Shown one piece after another: positions 46,368 through 56,031 of a DNA stretch of 64,000 nt. The notes under the pieces were generated by a model that searched no databases, was not told where the DNA came from, and saw only the letters and a program-made list of their open reading frames with translations. Positions within the stretch are counted from its first letter, which is position 1. Each line of letters begins with the position of its first letter. The stretch is taken from positions 3,360,001-3,424,000 of the forward strand of contig OZ242260.1 in the NCBI GenBank assembly GCA_965207065.1, written 5' to 3'. Origin of the DNA: a bacterium (lineage in GTDB: Bacteria; UBA8248). Position numbers and translations under genes: made by a program.

Positions 46368-46541
46368 TTGAAAGATTTATGCCGGAAACCGCTTCGGGTC
46401 GTGAATGTCGGGCTTGAGATTTTCGCGGATGAACTGAAAAACCAGAGCGTGGCCGTGACGCATGTGCGTTGGCGGCCGCCGGCGGGTGGGAAGCCCCATC
46501 TGCTCGAATTACTGGAGAAACTCGAAGAACTCGATAAATAA
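46368..46541 (+). CDS. Stand-alone FdrA C-terminal-domain peptide (57 aa; not in the ORF track)
   Basis: Manual translation MKDLCRKPLRVVNVGLEIFADELKNQSVAVTHVRWRPPAGGKPHLLELLEKLEELDK matches the VxNxGL..F...L......V..V.W.PPAGG FdrA tail. Confidence 0.85.
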   Translation: MKDLCRKPLRVVNVGLEIFADELKNQSVAVTHVRWRPPAGGKPHLLELLEKLEELDK

Positions 46542-46575
46542 ACCATGCAGGTTACGCGGAACAAGGGAGTGAAAT

Positions 46576-47931
46576 ATGAGTGAACACTGGCGCCTGAGCC
46601 TCTCTGAAGGGCTGAGAAAAATTACCGAAGGCGGCTTGTCCGCATCTGAATGGACGCGCTCCTTGCTGGAGCGGATCGACGCGCTGGAAGAAAAACTCCT
46701 GGCGTGGGCGCACCTGGAGGGGGAGGGCGCGCTCGCATCCGCCAAGGCGGTTGATGAGCGACTCGCGAGCGGTGAGGGGAGTGGGCCGCTTGGGGGCGCC
46801 GCCATCGGCTATAAGGACATCGTGGACGTCGCCGGTCTGCCGCGCGAGGCGAACTCTCCTTTGCTGAAAGGCGAAATCCCGGATTCAGACGCCACCGTCA
46901 CGACGCGCCTGAAAGATGCGGGCGCAATCTGTCTCGGCAAGACGGTCACCACGCAGTTCGCCACGTCCGATCCCTCGCAAACTCGAAATCCATGGAATCT
47001 GAAGCACAGCCCCGGCGGTTCCAGCAGCGGTTCCGCAGCGGCTGTGGCCGCCGGTATGGTCCCGGCAGCGCTTGGAAGCCAGACGGGCGGCTCGACCTTG
47101 CGGCCTGCCGCGTTTTGCGGCGTGGTGGGGCTCAAGCCCAGCTATGGCCGGATACCGAGAAGCGGACTGATTTCGGTGTCGTGGATACTGGATCACGTTG
47201 GCGTCATCACCCGTTGCGCCGAGGATGCGGCGCGCGTGCTCACGGCCATCGCAGGTGCGGATGGCATAGACGCGCAGGCGCCCGACATCGCCGTGCCCGA
47301 TTACGCCGAAGCCTCTGCGCTGGTGAGGCCGAATCGGGCATGTTTCTGGAAGGAAGATCTCCTCCCGCACGCGAGCGAGGAGGTGGCCGGACGCATCGAG
47401 GAATGCGTGGCGAGCTTGAAGGCCAAAGGCGTGGACGTGGAGGAGGCAAGGCTGCCCGTGGATGTGGACGAGATGCACGCGGCGCACCGCATCATCATGC
47501 GCGTGGAGTCAGCCGCCTATCACGACAAGATGTTTCTGGAGAACCAGGACGCCTATGCTTCCCAGATCCGGAAAAACATCTCCACCGGCCTGATGACGCC
47601 AGCTGTTCACTACGTGAACGCCCTGCGCTTTCGCGCGCGCTTCATTCAAAGGATGGAGGATTTTTTCCAAAACTTCGACCTCGTCATTCTGCCTTCCCAT
47701 GTGGAGCGTCCCCCCATCGCCGAGGAATCCACCGGCAACGCCCTGTTCAACGAGCCCTTCACGCAAATCGGGTTCCCGGCCATCTCGCTTCCCGTCGGCC
47801 GGGGAGATGAGAATCTGCCCATCGGGATTCAACTGGGTGGACGCCGCTTTGGCGAGGCCGCGCTTCTCTCCGCCGCCCGCTGGTGCGAGGCGGAACTCGG
47901 CTGGATCGCAGAAATTCCAGAAATCGAATAG
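46576..47931 (+). CDS. Amidase-signature family amidase
   Basis: YKD, GKT.T..FA, TRNPWN...PGGSSSGSAAAVA, GSQTGGS..RPA..CG..GLKP (Ser-cisSer-Lys triad). Confidence 0.95.
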   Translation: MSEHWRLSLSEGLRKITEGGLSASEWTRSLLERIDALEEKLLAWAHLEGEGALASAKAVDERLASGEGSGPLGGAAIGYKDIVDVAGLPREANSPLLKGEIPDSDATVTTRLKDAGAICLGKTVTTQFATSDPSQTRNPWNLKHSPGGSSSGSAAAVAAGMVPAALGSQTGGSTLRPAAFCGVVGLKPSYGRIPRSGLISVSWILDHVGVITRCAEDAARVLTAIAGADGIDAQAPDIAVPDYAEASALVRPNRACFWKEDLLPHASEEVAGRIEECVASLKAKGVDVEEARLPVDVDEMHAAHRIIMRVESAAYHDKMFLENQDAYASQIRKNISTGLMTPAVHYVNALRFRARFIQRMEDFFQNFDLVILPSHVERPPIAEESTGNALFNEPFTQIGFPAISLPVGRGDENLPIGIQLGGRRFGEAALLSAARWCEAELGWIAEIPEIE

Positions 47932-48130
47932 GGGAGCTGAGCCGTTCTGGTCGCATTCGGGCCGATTTTTCCTTTCATGGCCGTGAGCTTTCTTGCATTT
48001 TGCTCTCCGGTATGGTTTAAGATTTTGTCTTACAGAAATTTTATTTCAAGGGGCGGTTGAGAGGACGAGAAGGCAGGACTATTCCATTTATTTTCCCTCC
48101 GACGCCTCTGCCGACTGTGAACCGGTTTTT

Positions 48131-48619
48131 ATGTTCAAAACGACGAAAATAGGGCACGTTGGATTCTGGACGAAAGATCTGGCCCGGATGGAGGATTTCT
48201 ACACCCGCGTGCTGGGCTTCAAGGTAACGAGCAGAAGCGGCCCGGGCGCGAAAGTACCGGGAGGGGCTTCTGTATTTTTGCGATGCGATGTCACCCATCA
48301 TGAGGTCGTCTTCTTCCAAGCCCCGGAGGAAGCCTCGGGGCTCTATCCCGAATCAGGCAATTCCATGGCGGAGGCCAAGCCGGGGTTTCAGCACCTGGCT
48401 TTCGAACTACCGGACCGGGGAGAGTGGCTCAAGGCGCTTCGGCACCTGAAAGAGTGCGGCGTGAAGATTGAATACGGCCCTCTGGTCCATGGCCCCGAGG
48501 GAGACGGGTTCGAGCAGGGCAGCGGCAACCGCGCCTTTTATTTCTGCGACCCGGATGGAAACTATATCGAGCTCTATTGCGATATCGACGTGTTTCGCGA
48601 AGAAGAGGAGAGTTCCTGA
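48131..48619 (+). CDS. VOC/glyoxalase-superfamily protein
   Basis: IGHV, FYTRVLGF, HHEV, FQHLAFE, YFCDPDGNYIELY. Confidence 0.88.
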   Translation: MFKTTKIGHVGFWTKDLARMEDFYTRVLGFKVTSRSGPGAKVPGGASVFLRCDVTHHEVVFFQAPEEASGLYPESGNSMAEAKPGFQHLAFELPDRGEWLKALRHLKECGVKIEYGPLVHGPEGDGFEQGSGNRAFYFCDPDGNYIELYCDIDVFREEEESS

Positions 48620-48696
48620 TTCTCGTTTTTGGGCAAGTATTCCGGGAATCTTTTTTATTTCGTTGCAACACACTATTCACCAAGGAGGAGAAACAG

Positions 48697-49677
48697 ATGA
48701 AGTACCTGAAAAACGCTGTGATTGCAGCAGTCGCGTTCTCGCTGGCTGTCGGCCTGTCGTTCTCAGGCGCCGAAGCCGCCCGCATCAAGACCTCGGTCGC
48801 CGGCGCTGCGCCGGGCGCCGCCGCCTACGTGATCTGGGGTGGTTTAGCTGCATTGGTGTCCAAGGAATCGAAGACCGTGGAGATGAGCAACCTCACCACG
48901 CGCGGCGCGGTGGAAGATATCCGGCTGGTCGAAAACGGCAAAGCCGAGTTTGCTCTGGGCGTGGCCACGCTCGTGGATTTGGCGCTTAAGGGCAAGAAGA
49001 TGTTCAAAAAGCCCTACAAAAATGTGTGTGGTTTTGGACCCGGCACGGTCTCTCAGTTCCACATCGCCGTTCGGAAGGACTCGGGCATCAAGACGGTCGC
49101 CGATCTGAACGGAAAGCGCATGAGTTTCGCGCGCCGGGGCAGCAGCACCCACTTCATGACGCGAACCATCGTGGCGCTCGCCGGCATCAAGGTGCGCGAG
49201 GAGAACCTGAACTGGAACGTGGCGGCCGACGCCATCAAGGACGGCCGTCTGGACGCCTTCACCATTCCGAACCCCGTGCCCTCGCCGGCCGTCCTGAAAC
49301 TGGCGACCTCGCTGCCCATCACCCTCGTTCCTGTGGACGGGAAGGTGGGCGACGGCCTGCTCAAGTCGAACGCGGCTTACTTCAAGACCACTATCGTTAA
49401 AAATGCCTACAACGGCGTCGACAAGCCGGTGCCCACCATCGGCTACGCCGCGTGGACCATCGTGGGCTGCAACGTGCCCGCCGATGTCGTCTATGAAGTC
49501 GCGCGCATCAACTTCTCGAAGAAGGGCCGCGAGTTCCTGCTGAAAGTGCACAAAGGCTGGGCTTCGGGCTTCGTAACGGCCCCGGATCTGAAAGGGATGG
49601 CCGCCATTAACCTGAAGGTGCATCCGGGCGCAGCGCGGTACTGGAAAGAAGTCGGCAACAAGCTGCCGATGAAATAG
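48697..49677 (+). CDS. TAXI-family TRAP transporter substrate-binding protein
   Basis: Signal peptide; T.GAVE.I, SGIK.V.DL.GKR.S....GS, HPGAARYW.E; AAGGAGG RBS. Confidence 0.9.
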   Translation: MKYLKNAVIAAVAFSLAVGLSFSGAEAARIKTSVAGAAPGAAAYVIWGGLAALVSKESKTVEMSNLTTRGAVEDIRLVENGKAEFALGVATLVDLALKGKKMFKKPYKNVCGFGPGTVSQFHIAVRKDSGIKTVADLNGKRMSFARRGSSTHFMTRTIVALAGIKVREENLNWNVAADAIKDGRLDAFTIPNPVPSPAVLKLATSLPITLVPVDGKVGDGLLKSNAAYFKTTIVKNAYNGVDKPVPTIGYAAWTIVGCNVPADVVYEVARINFSKKGREFLLKVHKGWASGFVTAPDLKGMAAINLKVHPGAARYWKEVGNKLPMK

Positions 49678-49691
49678 AAATCACGCATCTC

Positions 49692-49722
49692 ACCGGCCGG
49701 GGGAGGCAATCTCCCGGCCGGT
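49692..49722 (+). terminator. Stem-loop after the TAXI gene (partial terminator or mRNA stabiliser)
   Basis: ACCGGCCGG...GGAG-GCAA-TCTCC...CCGGCCGGT followed by ATTT. Confidence 0.55.
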
Positions 49723-49781
49723 ATTTCCAGCGAGGCATTTCTTCTCGTTGATGGAGCCTTGCCGGAAATGAGGCATCGTTC

Positions 49782-51920
49782 TTGGGGGGTCACGTATTGG
49801 GTTTTCGCGGCGTTTTGGACAAAATCGGCAGCCTCCTCGGGGCGGGTCTCTCCACGACGAGGACGCTGAGCGGTAATTCCCTCTGGGCGCTGCGCGTGCT
49901 GGGTTTCATCTTCGCCGTATATTTTCTCTTCGGCGCGGTGAACGGAAGTTTTACGGTCTTCGGCCCCAGAGCATTGAAACTGATGCAACTCGAATTTCCC
50001 TACATCCCGTATTACGGCGAACAGTTCTCTCTTCCCTTATTCATCTGCTTTACATCCGTTCTTACTTTTATGCTGTACCCCTGCAGGGCGAGTTCGCCTA
50101 AAGACAGGCCCTCTGGTTTCGACTTGCTCTGGTGCGTACTCAGCTTCGTCGTGATGTGCGAGTTCATGTATTACTACGACGATCGGGGCGCACGGGCGGG
50201 CATCGTGGAGTGGAACGACGTGGTGTTCGGCTTCGCCGCCGCATGCCTCGTCTGGGAGACATGCCGCCGTGTGCTCGGACTCGTTTTGCCGATAGTCGCC
50301 GTCGTGTTCCTGTTCTACGACTGGGCGGGGCCGATGTTTCCCGGTCTGCTCTCACACAAGGGTGCGGAGTTCGGCTACGTGATGGGCTACCTCTACAGCC
50401 AGTCGGGCATCTACGGGGTCATCACCCGCGTCTACGCGCAAGTTGTGTTCCTCTTCCTGATATTCGGCGCGCTGCTCCAGGCCACGAGGGTGGGGGACGT
50501 GTTCGTCGATCTCGCCTTCGCGCTCGTGGGCCGCTTCAAGGGCGGGGCGGCGAAGGCGTCCGTGGTGTCGAGCGGCCTCGTCGGCTCTATCGTGGGCAGC
50601 GGGGCGGCGAACATCGTCATCACCGGAACGTTTACTATCCCCCTCATGAAGCGCGCGGGATTCAAGGCCACCTACGCCGCGGCGACCGAGGCGGTGGCCA
50701 GCATCGGCGGCCACCTGATGCCGCCCATCATGGCGTCCGCCGCCTTCATCCTCGCCGCGATGACCGAGACGCCCTACTACAAGGTCGCGCTCGTGAGCCT
50801 CGTGCCCGCGCTGCTCTATTATCTCTCCGTATTCATGTCGGTCCACTACTACGCGAGCAAGAACAACTTGCAAGGCCTCACCAAGGATGAGTTGCCCGAT
50901 TTCTGGGGCGTGATGAAAAAAGACGGGATATTGCTCATCCCCATCGTGCTCCTCATCATGCTTCTCATCCTTCAGTTTTCGCCGTTTTTCGCGGGCTTCT
51001 GGGCCATCGTCGCCTCCGTCGTGGTGAGCACGTTCAAGCAGAAATGCTGGTATCTCCTGGGGCTGCAGGCGGCTGTATTCTTCGCCAGCATCATTTACGG
51101 CGGCGACGCGGTGTATTTCTACGTGATTATCGCCTGCTTCCTGTCGTGGCGGCATCAGGAGGCGCGGCGCATCATGTCGGAAATCGGCGATGCGTTCGTC
51201 ACGGGTTCGGTGAATTCGCTCGTCATCGGCGCGACGGCGGGCGTCATGGGCCTGGTGCTTACCGGCGTCACGCATCCCGATCTGGCCCAGAAGATGACGG
51301 CCATCATTCTTTCCTATTCGAACAACATGCTCTGGCTGGCGGTGGCTCTGGTGGCGCTCGCCAGCTACATCCTGGGCATGGGTATGACGATCACGGCAAG
51401 CTACATCCTCATCGCCATACTGGCCGGGCCCGCGCTGATGGACTTCGGCCTCTCGATGTTCGCCGCGCACATGATCATCCTCTGGCTGAGTCAGGACGCG
51501 GCCCTGACGCCGCCCTTCGCTCTCGGAGCCTTCGTGGCGGCGGGCGTAGCGCAGTGCGACCCCATGCGGACGGGCTTCATTTCGCTCAAGCTGGCGAAGC
51601 CGCTCTACGTCGTGCCGCTACTGATGGCCTACACACCGATCCTGATCAACGGGCCCTGGGATCAGGTTATTCTGGTCTGGGTGAGCGCTGCCCTTGGCTT
51701 CATATGCACCTCTGCGGCTCTGGAAGGCTATTTCCTGCGCATCCTGACGGTGTTCGACCGCCTTCTCATGGGAGCGGCCGGTATAGCCCTGTTCTGGAAC
51801 GGCATGTGGTACAAGACGACGGGGCTTGCGCTGCTGATCGTCTCGGTCGTCATGCAGCTCATGCGGCCAAAGGATTTCGTGACCCCCGTGCCATTTGAGG
51901 CGGAGTCGACCGAGGGTTAG
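49782..51920 (+). CDS. TRAP transporter fused permease (4TM/12TM; start uncertain)
   Basis: GG.AK..V..S...G...GS..AN...TG..TIPLMK..G, EA.AS.GG..MPP.M...AF, LGMG, AH, TPP. Confidence 0.93.
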   Translation: MGGHVLGFRGVLDKIGSLLGAGLSTTRTLSGNSLWALRVLGFIFAVYFLFGAVNGSFTVFGPRALKLMQLEFPYIPYYGEQFSLPLFICFTSVLTFMLYPCRASSPKDRPSGFDLLWCVLSFVVMCEFMYYYDDRGARAGIVEWNDVVFGFAAACLVWETCRRVLGLVLPIVAVVFLFYDWAGPMFPGLLSHKGAEFGYVMGYLYSQSGIYGVITRVYAQVVFLFLIFGALLQATRVGDVFVDLAFALVGRFKGGAAKASVVSSGLVGSIVGSGAANIVITGTFTIPLMKRAGFKATYAAATEAVASIGGHLMPPIMASAAFILAAMTETPYYKVALVSLVPALLYYLSVFMSVHYYASKNNLQGLTKDELPDFWGVMKKDGILLIPIVLLIMLLILQFSPFFAGFWAIVASVVVSTFKQKCWYLLGLQAAVFFASIIYGGDAVYFYVIIACFLSWRHQEARRIMSEIGDAFVTGSVNSLVIGATAGVMGLVLTGVTHPDLAQKMTAIILSYSNNMLWLAVALVALASYILGMGMTITASYILIAILAGPALMDFGLSMFAAHMIILWLSQDAALTPPFALGAFVAAGVAQCDPMRTGFISLKLAKPLYVVPLLMAYTPILINGPWDQVILVWVSAALGFICTSAALEGYFLRILTVFDRLLMGAAGIALFWNGMWYKTTGLALLIVSVVMQLMRPKDFVTPVPFEAESTEG

Positions 51921-51925
51921 CTCTT

Positions 51926-52250
51926 GGGGTTGTGGGAAAAGCTCCTTCTCGCTTGGAATTGACCACCGCTTCGTAGTGACAGGTCGAGACCTGACCTTAC
52001 GGCCCCCACCTTTCAGAACGCTAACCAACACTCCCCCCTTGAGGGGGAGTCGAAGAGCTGAGGGCGCAAGCTCGAAAGCGATTCGGTGGGGGGTATAATT
52101 CGGAATGGCGATAAAACGCGTTATACCCCCCACCGATTCAGCCTTCGCAAAAACTGCTCGACTTCATCGACTCCCCCTCAAGGGGGGAGTGAACTTCAAA
52201 AGCGTTCGCGTAACCCAAAAACGTTTCTCGGGATTTTTACACCAACCCCC
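51926..52250. mobile_element. Degenerate TIR shell enclosing a REP and the second 163-bp palindromic element (52029-52191)
   Basis: GGGGTTGTGGGAAAAG (51926) ... TTTTTACACCAACCCCC (52234-52250); inner 23-bp TIRs identical to those at 9435/9575. Confidence 0.75.
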
Positions 52251-52279
52251 AATATGTCGCCTGAGAAAATCTTTACCGG

Positions 52280-53029
52280 CTAAGCCAGGAAGAATCCCCC
52301 GTTCACGTCGATTGTGACGCCGGTGACGTGACGCGCATCCTCGGATGCGAGGAAGGCGACGACGCCCGCGATATCATCAGGGCTGCCGATGCGTCCCAGG
52401 GGCGTGGCGCCTTCGGTTCTTTGCCTTTGTGAGTCGCTCATTTGTTCGAGGATGCGATCGGTGCCGATGACGCCGGGCGCAATCGCGTTCACGTTGATGT
52501 TGTGGGGGCCGAACTCACGCGCCAGGTGGCGCGTCAGACCGATGACGGCTGCCTTGGCGCTCGAATAATGCGGTCCCTGGAGCACGCTGGCAGAGCGTCC
52601 CGCGACGGAGGAGAAATTGACGATTCTGCCGCTCCTTCTCTCCTGCATGTGGGGCAGCACCGCCCAGCAGGCGCGGTAGGTGGTCTTGACGTTCATGTCG
52701 AACATCTTGTCGAAGGCCTCTTCGTCGATCTCCAGTGCCGAGAGAGGCAGACCCGCTCCGACGCAGTTCACGAGGCCGTCGATGGATCCGTGCGTTGAAA
52801 TGGTCTCCTGGAAGACTCGTTTCACATCTTCTGAGTTCAATGCGTCATAGGCCACTGAACTCGCGTCGCCTCCGTCGTCCTCTTTGATGAGTTTGACGGT
52901 TTCCTCGCGAGATTCGGCGATGTCCATGCAGACGACGTGCGCACCCTCGCGCGCAAGCCTGAGCGCGCTCGCCCGTCCGATGCCTCCGCCCGCACCCGTG
53001 ATGATGATGGTCTTGTTCTCGAAACGCAT
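52280..53029 (-). CDS. SDR family oxidoreductase (FabG-like)
   Basis: TGAGGGIG, SSVAG, YSSAK, NAIAPG, TPLGRIG, DVNGG; GGAGG RBS. Confidence 0.93.
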   Translation of the reverse strand: MRFENKTIIITGAGGGIGRASALRLAREGAHVVCMDIAESREETVKLIKEDDGGDASSVAYDALNSEDVKRVFQETISTHGSIDGLVNCVGAGLPLSALEIDEEAFDKMFDMNVKTTYRACWAVLPHMQERRSGRIVNFSSVAGRSASVLQGPHYSSAKAAVIGLTRHLAREFGPHNINVNAIAPGVIGTDRILEQMSDSQRQRTEGATPLGRIGSPDDIAGVVAFLASEDARHVTGVTIDVNGGFFLA

Positions 53030-53221
53030 GAGTTTCCTCCTTTGGATAATGCCGCATCCTAGCCCAGGTCGGAAAAATTGTCGCCCAAGACTGGAGCGCT
53101 TCTCAGACCCTGAAGAAGATGCTAATTTGATGGTTCCGCTCAATAGACGAAATCGCCCGAGAGGGGAGGTGGACTGGTAATGTGCGCTCAAGTTCGGAAA
53201 GAAGATGAAGGATAGGGTGAA

Positions 53222-54259
53222 ATGAAATTCTCGATTTTTTACGTGATATGCCCCGAGGGGGACGAATCGGAAGCCGACGCCTACCAGAAGGTGATGGAGC
53301 AGTGCCAGGCGGCGGATGAACTCGGCTACCATTGCGCCTGGTTCGCAGAACACCATTTCTCAAAGGTGGGCATGTGCCCGGATCCCCTGCTCTGGTGTGC
53401 TGCGCTGGCGCAGAAGACGAAGAACATCCGCCTGGGAACGGCGATTTCCATCTTGCCCTTCCATAACCCGGTGCGCCTGGCCGAGCAGGCGGCGGTGGTC
53501 GATCTGCTGAGCGGCGGACGGCTCGAACTCGGCGTGGGCCGGGGTTCCCAGCCCAAGGAGTTCAAGACGTTCGGCGTAAAGCCGTCTGAGAGCAGAAAGC
53601 GGCTCGTCGAGGGAATGGAGATAATCTCGAGGCTACTGGCAGGCGAGCAGGTGACCTTCGAGGGCGAGTTCTATCAGTGTAAGAACGTTGAAATTTTCCC
53701 CAAACCCGTACAGAAGCCGAGGCCGCCGATCTGGCTGGCCGGCACGAGCCCCGAGACCTACACATACGCAGGGGAGAACGGCTTCAAGATCATGGCCTCG
53801 GCCGGCTTCAAGGGTCCCCAGGTCTACCGCGAGAAGATGAAGCTCTTTGAGGAAGCCGTGGCGGCGAGAGGGGGAGACCTCTCCGAGGTCGACTACACCA
53901 TGACGCATCGCTTCTACGTCTGTGAAGAAGGCGAGCAGACCGATTATCTCGAAAACTTCGAGCGGGGCCTTTCTTCTTATCTCGAATACCGCGCCAGGGT
54001 GAACGAGGTGGAGTTCACCGACGAGGAGGGCAGACACCTCCAGCGTAACTGGAGCTACAAGCTCGACGTTCGCGAATTCCTGAACGGCGGCGGCGTCATC
54101 GGTTCGGTGGAAGAAAACATTCAGGAGCTTTATCGTTTGAGGGATGATTTCGGTCTGAACCACGTGATTCTCGGCGTTTACGGCGACGGGATGAAGCACG
54201 AGGAGTCTCTCAAACTTCTGGAAAGATTCGCCAATGAGGTCGCGCCCGCGATGGCCTGA
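53222..54259 (+). CDS. LLM-class flavin-dependent oxidoreductase
   Basis: ADELGY...W.AEHHF, IRLGT....LP.HNPVRLAEQ....D.LS.GRL..G.GRG, PKPVQKP.PPIW, F..EV.P. Confidence 0.93.
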   Translation: MKFSIFYVICPEGDESEADAYQKVMEQCQAADELGYHCAWFAEHHFSKVGMCPDPLLWCAALAQKTKNIRLGTAISILPFHNPVRLAEQAAVVDLLSGGRLELGVGRGSQPKEFKTFGVKPSESRKRLVEGMEIISRLLAGEQVTFEGEFYQCKNVEIFPKPVQKPRPPIWLAGTSPETYTYAGENGFKIMASAGFKGPQVYREKMKLFEEAVAARGGDLSEVDYTMTHRFYVCEEGEQTDYLENFERGLSSYLEYRARVNEVEFTDEEGRHLQRNWSYKLDVREFLNGGGVIGSVEENIQELYRLRDDFGLNHVILGVYGDGMKHEESLKLLERFANEVAPAMA

Positions 54260-54318
54260 CGCGCCGCTCACCCGGCGCGGCCCACGCCTTCGCGCGCAAG
54301 GCTGGGGAGGGTATCCGC

Positions 54319-54744
54319 ATGTCATACGTGTTCGATTGGGACGACGGCGAAAAGATCGAGATGGAAGATATTGAATTGCCCCGGGGCTGGCGCATCCTCA
54401 TCGACCCCCGGAACACGAACTCCCGGATGCTCAGCATGGGGAATCAGGACATCCCCGTCGGCGGCGGAATCCCCGTCCATCTTCATGAAAAAGAAGAAGA
54501 AATCCTGTTCTTCCACGAAGGCGAGGCCGAAGTGGAGGTGGACGGCGAGGTCTACCAGGTCAAGGCGGGCATGACCGCTTTTCTGCCCGTGGGCGTGACG
54601 CATGGCTTGAAAAACACCGGCGACGTTCCCCTGAAACTCCTGTGGATGTTCTCACCGCCGGGGTATGAAGAGATTTTCCGCCACATGGCGGACATCGACA
54701 CGGACCACGGCAAGTACGAAGAACTGCATCCGAGGCAGGTGTAG
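54319..54744 (+). CDS. Cupin domain protein
   Basis: PVHLH...EEI.F..EG, G.....P.G..H...N.G. Confidence 0.88.
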   Translation: MSYVFDWDDGEKIEMEDIELPRGWRILIDPRNTNSRMLSMGNQDIPVGGGIPVHLHEKEEEILFFHEGEAEVEVDGEVYQVKAGMTAFLPVGVTHGLKNTGDVPLKLLWMFSPPGYEEIFRHMADIDTDHGKYEELHPRQV

Positions 54745-54801
54745 GCCGACTCAGACGTGACAGGAGTTTGATGCGTATGAGGTGTGCGCCTTGCTCTCCC
54801 G

Positions 54802-55167
54802 TTATTTCTTCAAATCAATCTTCTTGATCCAGTAATACTGCGAGAGCGTCCTCAGGCCCGAGGGCGTGACGGAGACGAGTTCGGCCGTGGAGCCTTTGAC
54901 GCCGCGCATGCTGCCCAGGTTCTGGTAGATGCGGATGTGGAACTCCTCGGGCGGGAATTTCGCCGTGACGAGCAGGGCGAGTCTTTCGGGACCCGTTGCC
55001 AGTTGCGCCTTGAGCGCGGGCGTGAGGCGCGAGGGGGCCGTCGCGTAGCCGTATCCGTAATAGAGGGCGAACAGAAGCGCCGCGGCCGCCAGGAAGCGCA
55101 CGGTGGGGTGCTGCGTCCAGCGGCGCTCGCTCAGATCGCTCCTGGGAGTGGTTGCGGAATCGTCCAT
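54802..55167 (-). CDS. Hypothetical membrane-anchored protein, last gene of the ABC operon
   Basis: One TM segment; starts 3 nt after the permease stop. Confidence 0.7.
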   Translation of the reverse strand: MDDSATTPRSDLSERRWTQHPTVRFLAAAALLFALYYGYGYATAPSRLTPALKAQLATGPERLALLVTAKFPPEEFHIRIYQNLGSMRGVKGSTAELVSVTPSGLRTLSQYYWIKKIDLKK

Positions 55168-55170
55168 CTT

Positions 55171-56031
55171 TTAGTCCGGCCTCCAGACCATGCCCCACCT
55201 CTGGATGGTCCATCTTTCGAGCGGGATGAGAAGCAGCCTGTCCGTGATCATCCACATGATGGCGATGACGAGCACGCCCAGGAACACTTCTTCAATCTTG
55301 TACTCGGCGGCGGAGACGAAGATCATGAAGCCCAGGCCGCTGTCGCCGCCTATCATCTCGGCTGCGATGAGTGCGCGCCAGCCGAAGCCCATGCTCATGC
55401 GCACCCCGGTGACGATGCTGGGCAGGGCGCCGGGAATATAAACCTGGGTGATGATGGCCCACCGCCCGCCGCCCATCGTCATGACGGAGTTCTCATACAC
55501 CCGAGGCACGCCCCGGACTCCCAGCAGCGTGTTGAAGAAGATGAGCCAGAACACGGTGTTCAGCAGGATGAAGAGCGTCGTGAGCCAGCCGGTTCCGAAC
55601 CAGACGATGGCGAGCGGCACCCAGGCGATGCCGGATATGGCGTTCGCGAACACGCCGATGGGCTCGAGCGCGTGGGCGAAGCGGCGGCTCATGCCCGCCA
55701 GCACGCCCAGGGCGATGCCCGATGGAATGCCGATGACGAGACTCAGGCCCACGCGGCCCAGACTCGAGAGAATGTGATTGGTGAACATGCACTCGTACTG
55801 CATCGAGAGCACCGCGCTCGCCCCTGCACAACCATCTGAAAGCGTGTAAATCGCCTCCCAGATGGTGCCGATGGGCGGGATGAAGACAGGCGGGAGCCAT
55901 TCCATCGAGGTGTTCATCTGCCAGAAGGCCAGCAGCACGACGAAGGGGATGCTCCCCAGCATGATTCTCCGCAGCCGCTGGCGGCCGAAGCGTTTTTGAA
56001 TGCCGATGGCGGCCGTCTGGAGTACACTCAT
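55171..56031 (-). CDS. ABC transporter permease (SsuC/TauC type)
   Basis: IAWVPLAIVWFG, PGALP.I.TG.R...G.GW..LIAAEMIG..SGLG; ATGA-coupled to the upstream permease. Confidence 0.9.
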   Translation of the reverse strand: MSVLQTAAIGIQKRFGRQRLRRIMLGSIPFVVLLAFWQMNTSMEWLPPVFIPPIGTIWEAIYTLSDGCAGASAVLSMQYECMFTNHILSSLGRVGLSLVIGIPSGIALGVLAGMSRRFAHALEPIGVFANAISGIAWVPLAIVWFGTGWLTTLFILLNTVFWLIFFNTLLGVRGVPRVYENSVMTMGGGRWAIITQVYIPGALPSIVTGVRMSMGFGWRALIAAEMIGGDSGLGFMIFVSAAEYKIEEVFLGVLVIAIMWMITDRLLLIPLERWTIQRWGMVWRPD

